NCBI RefSeq assembly: GCF_964188315.1
Contig: NC_135669.1
Coordinates: forward strand, 27,838,001 to 27,902,000
DNA: 64,000 nt
Source: Podarcis muralis
Lineage: Eukaryota
Reading direction: 5' to 3'
The notes below the pieces were generated by a model. It was not told where the DNA came from. It saw only the letters and a list, made by a program, of their open reading frames with translations, and made no database searches. How positions within the stretch are numbered: the stretch's first letter is position 1; every line of letters starts with the position of its first letter. Positions 25,506 to 36,135 of the stretch are shown here, piece after piece. Both the position numbers and the translations under genes were made by a program.

Positions 25506-27173
25506 AAGTTAATGTGGGCCTTTACAAATGACCCAGTACAGGTCAGAAACAAGTTTTATTTATTTATTTATTTTACCCCGCGTTTCTTCCGAAAGCAGCC
25601 CAGGGTGGCATGCTTTGTAGGAGATGCCAGTTTGAGAAGGGTGAGAGAGTTGCCCGAGGCGTGCACAATGGCATGCTGCCAAATCTCATATTCCACAAAT
25701 CCTCCTTTCCCTCTGGGTTGATAACAGGGGAAGCGGGATGGCAACACCCCCCCCCCCAAAAAAAAAGAGCCTGATTTCGACTAGAAACCTCGTGCTGCTG
25801 TTGAACCCCATTCCAGAAGACAGTACCAGGACTGGAAAATTATTATTGCAAGATATATATTTAATCTTTCCAACATGCCAACCATTAAAGCGTTGAATAG
25901 CTGTTCTCCCTTAGCCTTTTCAGCTTTATCTCCAGCATAGCTGGAAATCATGGCTGCAAAAGGCTTTATGGAATAAAGTGACCACAAATAAGGGGGGGGG
26001 GAGCAAAGTAGAAAGGGGCTGACTGAACAGAGTGATCTTTCCCTGTTGCCAGGCACACACCCACAAGGCATCATTAGCACACTTCCAGGCGTGCTGGCAG
26101 GGAGGAGTCAGCACAAAACCTGCCACTGCAGGGTATCAAAACAGCTTACAAGCAAAAACACCCTTAGCGAACTCTTGTTTCATCCCGGTTACATATGTTG
26201 GGAGAAATCAAGAGACGAATACACAAAGGCTTTTGAAGCAGCGCTAAGATTTCAACAGGTCTTTCCAAAAAAACAGCAGGGACCTCGATTATTATTTTAG
26301 CAGCTAAAGTAGTTCAGGGAATTCTCACAGGAAGAGGGTACATGCAACACCTGCGGGGCTAGCAGCTGCTCTAATAAAATGATAACCACTCACAAACAAA
26401 CTGGAAACCTCTCCATGGGAACATTTGGTTTGCCAAGAGTGCTGCTGTCTAGGCTGCGCCGGGCCTTCAGCAAGAGGACTGAGGATACAGCGATAACGCA
26501 CTCATGACACTTGCATGCTTTTCCTATTATCAGTCAGCGTAAGGAATGCATGCACCATTGTTAAATATACATGACCTGCATCGCATACGAGGGGATGTGT
26601 GTGTTTAGGCTGTTGCTACTCTTGACCACTGCAAGCCTGCTGAAATAACACACGCGCACAGAAAGAGGCAGGGCGCAATTTGTTTCTTCTGGCCTGAAGA
26701 AAAGGGACTGAGGGAAAGACTTGGATGCCATCCTGTTTTTACCACAGAACAGGAATGTAGCATGTTGCAGCCTTCACGTCATGCTGGTTAATGTCAAATA
26801 TTGGACTCTGTCGTCTGTGGACTCCTGTGTCTCAACTTTGAAAGGTTTGAGAGATCTTCATTCCTTTGGCCTACTCATTATGCATCTCGCTTTCCACGGT
26901 GAAATTCAGAGTTATTGTATTGTTCCAAGTTCTTTTGGTTATACTGCTCTGTAAAGCACCATATACAATGATGATACTAATAATAATAGGTATAGGAAAA
27001 ATGTGGAAAAATGGGCCTGTTTGTATATTCTGTCCCTACCATTTGTGTTGAATCCGCCCCCATCACTATTTACTACAAATTAAGTGCAACATTCTTTTGA
27101 TCCTGAATATTGTTTTTTATTCTTGTTCATAGTGAATATTCTATGCAAAAATTTTTTTTTAAAAAAAAAGCTT

Positions 27174-27197
27174 CATAGAAGCATAGAGTTGGAAGGG

Positions 27198-27249
<52 letters not shown>

Positions 27250-27415
27250 GTGTATTATTTATAGCCCGCCCATCTGGCTGGGTTTCCCCAGCCACTCTCA
27301 AGGGTCATCTAATCCAACCCCCTGTAATGTAGGAAACCTGCTCACAGCTATCCCTGCATGAGCTCAAACCACCAACCTTCTGGTTAACAGAAGAGCGAGC
27401 TATCAATCTGTCAAT
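27174..27415 (-). mobile_element. tRNA(Asn)-headed SINE with CR1 3' tail, interrupted by a LINE-tail/(AAT)15 insertion at about 27200-27297
   Basis: Head TAGCTCGCTCTTCTGTTAACCAGAAGGTTGGTGGTTTGAGCTCATGCAGGGA matches tRNA-Asn-GTT. Tail TTTCCTACATTACAGGGGGTTGGATTAGATGACCC...TCCCTTCCAACTCTATGCTTCTATG. Confidence 0.75.
27204..27248. repeat. (AAT)15 microsatellite (retroposon tail)
   Basis: Read directly. Confidence 0.97.
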
Positions 27416-27975
27416 CCTTTCCATGTCCAGGCCAGGTGTTTATTTCTTGCCCCCTTTCTCTCTTTTTCCATAAATTAATTCTTCTATTTTTGACCAAAAA
27501 AACATTCAAAACTTACATTAACATTTTTAAGAAATGCAAGCTTTATCAAACATTGATACAGCAGGTGTATGTTGCCAGTAATTCACATGTATTCCTTCCC
27601 ACCATCTTTTCTTCTTTTAAAACATCATTCATAGTTTTCAGCTTATTGTTCAGTCCTTCCACTGCTTCCATTTGCCTTTTTAGTGTTTGAAGCAAAAAGG
27701 ATTCAAATTCAAAATGATTCTTCATGACACTTGCCTTAATAAACCCTGTCATACTGCAATTCTCTAAATTTGTCTTTCTTATTTCTGCTCAATGAACACG
27801 CATCTGTTAAGCGTGTTTTTCTTTGTTCTTTTCCCAAAATAAACCTGTATTTTTGTTTGTTTGTTTTACTATGATCCTAAACAGTTTGCTAACGTACATC
27901 CTCTCTTCTTCACTGCTGGCATTTTCCTATTGTTTTTATAGCTAACCTTGCATTATATGTTTCCTAGGATGCAAT

Positions 27976-28266
27976 TGTTGTGTACTGAAGTTCTCACCCT
28001 GGGCCAGCAGGGGGGTAGATAGATAGATAGTCTATCTACCCCCCCTGCTGGCCCCCTCTAACTGTAGATAGTTATGCAAATAAGGGATCGAAAGTGACGT
28101 TCAGTGATTGGATAGTTTTAGAAAATTGTTACAGTTACGTTGTACTGGAGCTCTATATAAGCAGGCTGAATGAACCCTTCAGTTCAGTTCTGTTCTGGCC
28201 TGTGAATAAACAAGAGCTGTTTGAAGAATCGCTGTGTCGTCTGATATGTTCACCCACAACTTAACA
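27976..28266 (+). mobile_element. Solo LTR (291 bp, Copia-like termini)
   Basis: TGTTG...TTAACA with perfect 5-bp TSD GCAAT. TATATAA at 28154-28160 and AATAAA at 28205-28210 give the orientation. Confidence 0.9.
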
Positions 28267-29823
28267 GCAATCCTGTACAGTACTTGAGATCTGCTTGCTG
28301 ATGGGCTCTGGCAGAAGCCCCACAGCACCAGTAGCACTTAAGATGCTTTTTAGGGTATACTTGAAGCCTTTGCTAGAAACTACTTTGGAAATCAAAAGAG
28401 CCACCTGGGACCAGCAGGGAGATGGAACAGGGTGACAGGAACGAACACACACACACAAACCCTCTCTGAGATCCTAATCCTGGACCCTCCTAACCCCGGC
28501 AAGGACCTTCCCAGCCCACTAGATCTCTCCCAGAATCATTGGCTAACCACTCTCTTCCTCCACCCTGACTTGGTCAGACCACTCCCTGCAGGGCCCATGA
28601 CAATGAACCTGATCTGAAACAGAGACTGGGTCCATTCAGTTTACCAAAGGTCTTGTTCACTGCCCACAAGTGAGCTCTGGGCTTTACTGGATATGAGGTA
28701 CAGATACAATATTCCATTAAAAATAAAAAATGCCTATGCTTCTCATAGTTTTGTCATTGGACAAACAGCCTGGCTACACATTACACTCACCAAATAGAAA
28801 ACTGCCACGCTATAGAGAGCTCTGAAGGCTTCCTCCCAACAGCTGGCAGTCAAGGAAAGCTGAAGGCACCTCACTTGAAGTCATACTAAAAAGGAAAGAG
28901 ACATTCTAGTTATCTCATTCAGCTAATCACCCCAGCTGGTTGGGGAGCAGGGGAGATTAGATGAGAGAGATGAGAAAGAACCACAAAAGCCCACCAGGTA
29001 GCTACCTCTCTTTCTCTCTCAGTATGAATACGTATAAGCTAAAAACCCTCCCTTAACTGTCAGGAGGGAGGCTGGAAAATTCAGAGCCACCAAAATCCGG
29101 CTGCTTTTTGCTTGGTGAGGGTAGCATGAAGCCAAGCATTAAAGCATCAAACCATTTATTTGGGGAAATCCTATCCAAAAAAACACCCTAGTGTCTTCTA
29201 TTCAGTGGTGGGTTCACACCTATAGTACCAGAGGTTTCTAGAATATTAACTGAAATGTATCGTCTCACTTTATAAGTCGCTAACCCAGCTATCAAATCAT
29301 TTCAAGTACTACTTCCACAAACCTGTGTTGTACATAGTGGTTTAGGACTGAAAGGATCTCAAGCCTTGGACCTTAAACATCCCGTTTCCTGTGCCATGGC
29401 AGATTAAATGAGAAGCTAGTCCTTTTCAAATACAGGGTCCCCCCTCCCTTTTGCATCCTCGAATCCTCACATCTCCAGTCCTCAATTTCATGCTACTCCT
29501 AGTCAATTTCACACTAGTGAGCACATCAAGCACAAAACTAGGACTATATACATCAGACACAGCAGCAAGTAATTGGAATTTTTAGCTTTTACAGTTATAT
29601 CCCAAATAAAAACTCGAAAAAGCTTCTGCCTGTATAAACGAGGAAATGCTGTTATCTCCCAATTATGTGGGTGTACAAACAAAACAATAAAACAGGTTGG
29701 GGGTTTGTTTGTTTTTTGATAACTTAAATGAAAGATATAGTAGAATGTTTTCGGAACAGGAAATCTTAGTTAAGCAGTCCTCTTAACATTCTTAAAACTG
29801 ACCTTGCAGGACATTCTTTAGAC

Positions 29824-30009
29824 CAGGGGTTGTCAACCTGGTCCCTACCGCCCACTAGTGGGCGTTTCAGGATTCTAGGTGGGCGGTAGGGGGTTCTAGG
29901 GCATGAGCTGAATCCTCCTTCCATCGAGCACTGGTGGGCGGTAAGGAAATTTTACCATCAAGAAAGATGCATTAGCGGGCAGTAGGTATAAAAAGGATGA
30001 CTACCCCTG
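29824..30009. mobile_element. hAT MITE (186 bp)
   Basis: TIR CAGGGGTTGTC/GACTACCCCTG. Perfect 8-bp TSD CTTTAGAC. Confidence 0.9.
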
Positions 30010-30370
30010 CTTTAGACACTAGGTAACCTTTCGTCATGTTAGCTGGCCCAAGGAAGAGCACCTTAACAATTTAAGAAGACACCTGCTGGATTAAGCCAAA
30101 GGCCCACCTATTAACCCAGCATCCTGTTCTCACAGTAGCCAACCAGATGCCTGTGGGAAGTCCCTGAGCAGGACCTGAGTGCGGCAGCAACTCTTCCCAT
30201 TTAGGATTGCCAGTAACTGGCATTCAGAGGCATACTGCCAGTGACAGCTGTTGATAGCCTTATCCTCTATGAATTGGTCCAACCTTTTAAAGCCACCCAA
30301 GTTGGTGGCCATCTCTAATCTTGCGGGAGGGAGTGAATTTTGTAGTTTAGCTGTGCCTATGTGAAGAAGT

Positions 30371-30728
30371 GGGACACGGGTGGTGCTGTGGGTAAAAGCC
30401 TCAGCGCCTAGGGCTTGCCGATCGAAAGGTCGGCGGTTTGAATCCCCGTGGTGGGGTGCGCTCCTGTTGTTCAGTCCCAGCGCCTGCCAACCTAGCAGTT
30501 CGAAAGCACTCCCGGGTGCAAGTAGATAAATAGGGACCGCTTACTAGCGGGAAGGTAAACGGCGTTTCCGTGTGTGGCTCTGGCTCGCCAGAGCAGCGAT
30601 GTCACGCTGGCCACGTGACCTGGAAGTGTCTCCGGACAGCGCTGGCCCCCGGCCTCTTGAGTGAGATGGGCGCACAACCCTAGAGTCTGTCAAGACTGGC
30701 CCGTACGGGCAGGGGTACCTTTACCTTT
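30371..30728 (+). mobile_element. Sauria SINE, full length
   Basis: Perfect 13-bp TSD TATGTGAAGAAGT (30358-30370, 30729-30741). Confidence 0.95.
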
Positions 30729-30742
30729 TATGTGAAGAAGTA

Positions 30743-31321
30743 CAGTGGTACCTCAGATTGCAAACCCTTTGGGTTACAAACTCCGCTAACCCAGAAGTAG
30801 TTCCTTGGTTTGCAAACTTTGCCCCAGGATGAGAACGGAAATCGCGCTGGCAGCAGGAGGCCCCATTAGCGAAAGCACACCTCAGGTTAAGAACAGTTTC
30901 GGGTTAAGAACGGACCTCCGGAACAAATTAAGTTTGTAATCCAAGGTAAAGATAAAGGTAAAGGGACCCCTGACCATTAGGTCCAGTCATGACTGACTCT
31001 GGGGTTGCGGCACTCATCTCGCTTTATTGGCCAAGGGAGCCGGCGTACAGTTTCTGGGTCATGTGGCCAGCATGACTAAGCCGCTTCTGGCGAACTAGAG
31101 CAGCGCACGGAAATGCCGTTTACCTTCCCACTGGAGCGGTACCTTTTATCTACTTGCACTTAGGCATGCTTTCAAACTGCTAGGTTGGCAGGAGCTGGGA
31201 TGGAGCAATGAGAGCTCACCCCGTCACGGGGATTCGAACTGCCGACCTTCTGGTTGGCAAGTCCTAGGCTCTGTGGTTTAACCCACAGCGCCACCCGCGT
31301 CCCTAACCCAAGGTACCACTG
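30743..31321. mobile_element. Mariner MITE interrupted by a Sauria SINE
   Basis: TA|CAGTGGTACC...GGTACCACTG|TA. Confidence 0.9.
30949..31303 (-). mobile_element. Sauria SINE, full length
   Basis: 12-bp TSD TAATCCAAGGTA/TAACCCAAGGTA. Confidence 0.95.
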
Positions 31322-31397
31322 TACTTTTATTTTGTCTGTTCTGAATCTTCCAACATTCAGCTCCACTAGATTTCTCCACACCTTCTATACAGAGCTA

Positions 31398-31547
31398 TCA
31401 TAGAACTGCAGAGTTGGAATGGACCCTGAGGATCATATAAGTCCACCCCCCCCCTGCAGGGCAGGAATATGCAGTTGTCCCAGAAGGGGATCAAACCTGC
31501 AACCTTGGCATTATCAGCACCATGCTCTAACAACCTGAGCTATCCAC
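31398..31547 (-). mobile_element. tRNA(Ile)-headed SINE with CR1 3' tail
   Basis: Head TAGCTCAGGTTGTTAGAGCATGGTGCTGATAATGCCAAGGTTGCAGGTTTGATCCCC matches tRNA-Ile. Tail TTCCTGCCCTGCAGGGG...TGGAC...TGATCCTCAGGGTCCATTCCAACTCTGCAGTTCTATGA. Confidence 0.8.
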
Positions 31548-31784
31548 TCACTTACCATTTTTATAAACTGAAAATTTAGGTTTCTCTGTGATTGCCACCG
31601 AGCTAGAACTGCATGACTATGGTAGGAAACAAATGAGTCCCTTCAGAAAGGTGAATGTACATTCACGCCAATCCCACTATAATCTCTCGTTGAACAGGTT
31701 TTGCAGAGACAAGAACAGGACAAAATAAATGCATAGCCCATCAACAGACACATGTAAAGCTCAACCGAAAAGCCTGAACCTTAC

Positions 31785-31844
31785 CTGCTGTGTCGCTGCA
31801 TCCTGCTGGACGTATGCCACTTGGGACGGGTCTGTAAACAAAGT
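31785..31844 (-). CDS. PRDM10: PRDM10 exon 4 (60 nt)
   Basis: TLFTDPSQVAYVQQDAATQQ. Acceptor TTTTGTTCAG, donor CAG|GTAAGG. Confidence 0.95.
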
Positions 31845-32043
31845 CTGAACAAAATAATAAAGTGATTAAGAGGGTCTCGGTAACGCTTGGTTATGCGAAG
31901 CTCACAGTGACAGAACAAACTTGCTGAAAGGAAGGTGGCATTGGACAAATGGCTGATTTCATTCAGTTTCCATAAGGCCAGTTACCTTGGCCACTACAGT
32001 GTATTTATGAAATGCACTCTTAGTGCCAACAGTCCACCTATAA

Positions 32044-32648
32044 TGTGTGAGGTGGACTTCTGAAGGTTGTAAGCAAAGCACAAAGCACTTGCAATTGAAG
32101 CTGCAACATGCTAGGGAATGTGTTCAGAAAGGACTCCTAACGGTGTCCTACATGCCAGGTAATGAAATTCCTGCTGATTTATTGTCCAAGGTTGTTCCAA
32201 GGGATCAACACTGTACCTATATACAGAAGTTGGGTTTGTACTGAGATTGTACTAACACGCTGCCCAGTGGTGTTCACAGAAAGGAGGAGGATGTTAGTTT
32301 CTGTTTCCTCACTGTGCAGCTGCTTGCAGTCACAGGACTCTGTTTACATTCCACGGAGTCCAGATACTGTTGGATTCTCACGGGAAAGGGAGATGGGATG
32401 TGACGTTACTGGTTTGGTTTCCTGTTTCCTTTGTTCCTTAGCTTTCTTTGTTCAGTTGCTCTCTGCTTCTCACAGGTAGGAGATGTATATTTCTTTTCTC
32501 TCTGTATAGCTTAGTAATGAAGTATGGCAATACAGCCCATACTATCTCATCCTTCCGTTGTGGACTTTGTTGTTTTAATGCTCTGCTGGGAGGACCCAGA
32601 GGAAGATGAGCCTTATCAGCTCGGACGACCGGAGCTGAAATTCCAATA
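32044..32648 (+). mobile_element. Ty1/Copia remnant: RNase H C-terminus, PPT and 3' LTR
   Basis: STKHLQLKLQHARECVQKGLLTVSYMPGNEIPADLLSK...KLGL resembles Copia RNase H (RTKHID...ADILTK...LGL). Polypurine tract AGAAAGGAGGAGGA at 32278-32291 abuts TGTTAG at 32292. LTR ends TCCAATA (decayed CCAACA) at 32648. Confidence 0.85.
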
Positions 32649-33280
32649 GTGGTGGTGTTACATTGACAGAGCAGCTTCCATCTCGAAAGCACTTAACACG
32701 AATTCCAAATTGTAGCAGGTTGCTTGCACGTGCTTTCGTTCTCTCTCTCTACGTCAAGACTCAAGAGCGCTCACATTAAAGCTTAAAAGCAAAATCCTGC
32801 TTGACAATTTAAGCCAAGGGGTAAAGAAGTAGAAGGACCTGATTAAAACAGGCACAGTAAAGCATCCAAATGGAGTGCAATTAAGATGGGGGGGGGGGTA
32901 GAAATAGGAACGGGCAGCGTAAGGATATAGAGGATGGACTGGGATTTGGGAATTTAGTAGGCTACTGTTACCAGCAGCTATATGGTTTGTCTAAATTAGA
33001 ACAGTGGTTCTCAAGCCATGTTCCTGGGGTTCGTTAACAGCTTTTTAGAGGTCTCCCAATGAGAAGATCAGTAACAATAGATACACTCTCCTGAAAGACA
33101 GCTTTCCAACCACTACTGATCTTCCTCAGCAATGTGGAAACACAGAAGTGTTGAGTGTGATGTTGCATTTCCATCTAGAAAGTACTAACACAAATTCCAA
33201 AGTGTACCAAGTTGTTTGCAGTTTCTCGCTCACGTGAGCCACTGGAGAATCCAAACAAGTCTGATCAGTAAAGATGCAAA

Positions 33281-33460
33281 GGGCTGTTGCTCAGTAGCAC
33301 TGCAATGCTTTGCATGCAAAAGGTCCAAGGTTCGATTGGTGGCATCTCTAGGCAAGACCGCCATCTGAAACCCTGCAGAGCTGCTGCCAGTCAGTGTAAG
33401 CAGTACTGAACTAGCTCACCAGTGGTCTGACTTGTGTCAAGGCAGCTAGCTCCCTGTGTT
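33281..33460 (+). mobile_element. tRNA(Ala)-derived SINE (Squam2-like)
   Basis: gctcagtag...tttgcatgcaaaaggtccaaggttcgat...gccagtcagtgta...ggtctgact. Confidence 0.7.
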
Positions 33461-34068
33461 TTCCCCCCTATAAATGCACACCCTAGAACAGGGTCCAAGG
33501 TCCTCCGCAATGCACAAGTAATGCATAGAGCATGCAAACAAATCATTGTTTCAAATATTTCCTAAAGGCACAAAGTTTGAAAACCTATCAATAGATTTGT
33601 CCAGTTCAAGTCTACGGACTAGTACAATTGTTAGAAAAATACAAGTTCCAATGCCCAAATTATTAGTAGTTACCTAAACTTGGCTATGCAAATAAGGAAT
33701 CTGAAAAGAATGGATTAGGAACCCCCTTGTTTTACAGAACACTTGTGATGGCTGATATTGTTGGGCTGATTACTCATGTCATCTTTTGAAGGGGGAAAAA
33801 GGCTAAATTATTCCAGTTTCAGAGAAGCAAAATGGACAGGGCTTCATACTCAATAGCCTCCCAGCATTTTTTGATTACAACATCTGCACTCTCATTTAGC
33901 ATGAAAAGTCCAAACTCCCCCTTCGCCAATGGCTAGATGATTATGCACAGCTGAGGACTATTAGGCATTCACACAGCTTTGCAGGCAGCTGGCCCAAGTT
34001 CTGAATGAAATTATTGCTCTTTGCAGCCACGAGTAGACAAGAGACAGGGGATGTGAGATGTCACATGC

Positions 34069-34233
34069 CTGAGTGGCTTCCACGGGGTGGATGTACACCA
34101 ATGTATGCTCCGAGGTGTCCACAGAGGTGTAAGATGTGCCGTCGGCAGTGTAGACCACCTGCTGTGAAGGACGGTCCTGATCATCGCTGTACACAATCTG
34201 AGCCACAGTTCCACCTTCAGGGACAAAGTGGAC
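34069..34233 (-). CDS. PRDM10: PRDM10 exon 3 (165 nt)
   Basis: [55 protein letters not shown]. Acceptor TTTCTCCAG. Donor is GC (CAG|GCATGT). Confidence 0.95.
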
Positions 34234-35684
34234 CTGGAGAAAGGGAAGGTGAACAGGGGCAGAGAAGAAATGTCAGGAACTGTCCAGACACAAAGCTGTG
34301 CATAAGAATGTACAGTAACACTTACATACGTACAGGCTACTCCCAGTTCACGTGGGAGTTACATTTCAAGGCACTGTGTGTCAGTGCAATCATGTATATC
34401 TGAAACACCATTGAAAAAGCCTGCAAACACAAACTAAACCTCTGAAAACCCCTGGAAAAAAACCTTAAAAACCAGTAGCACTTACCAGACTGGTCAAACT
34501 CCACAATCACTCCTTCCAAACCTCCCTGTTCAAAACAGCAACTCTCCACAGGCCTCAACAGTCAGTGCAAGGGCTCCTGGTTTTGTTAGGCACTGTTTGC
34601 GCGCCTTTTTTGCCCCTTCTGGGCTCTTCTAGTGCTGTTTTTGCACTTTTATATTCACTTCTTGGTTCAGCACAATGCACGGTTGCATGGTTCCATGTCA
34701 ACTGCATGCACATAAATGGGGAGTTGCCTGTGTATCTCTAGTAATATTCCAGACTACATGGGCAACTCACACAGAATCAGCTCAGAAGAAACCAAAACTA
34801 GGTGAATAAGAAAGCCTAACCTAAAATGCCACTTTTGTTGAAAATTTGGTACTGAAATCACTAACAGTTCAATCCAAGATCCAGCTTAACTGGGATATTT
34901 GAACAAAATCTGTTTAGTACCATTGAGGTCAATTACAGCTGTCTTGTTTCCTAAAAGGTTGTGCATCTCTATCAGCTTCATAGTACATAAAAATCCAATA
35001 CATATAATACTTGCAGGCATGTGGGTGAAGGGAAAGAAACTAGGCCTGTTGGATTTCTACCTGTTATGCAGCTGTTAAAAGCACAAATCCTGTATCAAGG
35101 GAAAAGGGGACAACCCTAAGGATACCTGGACCAAATGAAATTTGAGCCTAATTGTTAATCTTCAATGGCCCTACCAATACAAAACAGTCATCAGCAACTA
35201 TTTTGTGAAGTACAGCTATTAAGTTATAAAGGACAGAATGTGCTATCCTCAAACCCTCCGTTTCCTCTCTTATTTATGTACAGTATTACATTATATATGT
35301 ATAAGAAATACAACGTAACTTTTATAAACTAATGTAGACTGATAAGATTCATGGGAAAGGTGATATTTCTAATAACCTGGAACACAAATTATAATGTCTC
35401 TTTTCTTTCTTGTGTTTAAAAAAGACAATTAAAAAAAAACCCCAACATATTTTATTTGGTGTATCTGAAACCTTAGGAGAACTTCATAGAACAAAATCTA
35501 TAGCCAGGGAAATTTCTGTATCATGCAAAAATCGAACCCTCAAGACAGCTTCACATATATCCAATAACAATCTACACACACAAATCCCTTTAAGAAGCAG
35601 GTTGAGCTACTGCAAGGATGCCCTATTCATATACACAGACTGTGTGAACATCAGCAGTTAGAAAATGCAATAAGCACTAGTCAC

Positions 35685-35777
35685 CTGAGCAGTATTCTGT
35701 TCCTGCTCAGCTGATTCAGACCACACCTGTGCGGTTTCCTCTTTCAAGTCGATGTCGTCCCTGCTGTCGGGCTCCAT
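35685..35777 (-). CDS. PRDM10: PRDM10 first coding segment (exon 2; exon probably starts at 35867)
   Basis: ATG in strong context (ACTATGG). Translates MEPDSRDDIDLKEETAQVWSESAEQEQNTAQ, similar to human [23 protein letters not shown]. Donor CAG|GTGACT. Strong pyrimidine tract plus TAG acceptor at 35869-35868. Confidence 0.9.
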
Positions 35778-36099
35778 AGTGTGATAACTAATTATCGAAA
35801 CTGAGCTTGGCTGAAAAGATTCATCTGGCTGTTTTGTCTCGAGACAAGGTAACCTTCTGTACCATAGCTATACAGAAAGAGAGGGGAAGAGAATATATAT
35901 ATATATCAAAGAACTGCATACTTTACAGTAATACAAAGGGAACCATGAAACTTGACCACCCACTATACAAATAAAAAATTCAGCTCCCTAGGCTTCATTG
36001 GGCTCTAGTGTGGAGCTATACAGAAAGGGAATAGCTCAGTTGTCCATGGTTCCCATTTATTTCTATGGGACAAAATGAACATGCAATCTGGGTCACAGC

Positions 36100-36135
<36 letters not shown>

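Larger units (their letters stand above)
30061..31390 (-). mobile_element. CR1 LINE 3' fragment (host of nested insertions at 30371-31321)
   Basis: Minus frame MATNLGGFKRLDQFIEDKAINSC is the CR1 ORF2 C-terminus. The CR1-like sequence resumes after 31322. Confidence 0.8.

Noticed and set aside
34486-34525. 40-nt exon with strong GTAAGT donor
   Set aside because: Frame-shifting, purine-interrupted acceptor, no homology. Indistinguishable from a pseudo-exon.
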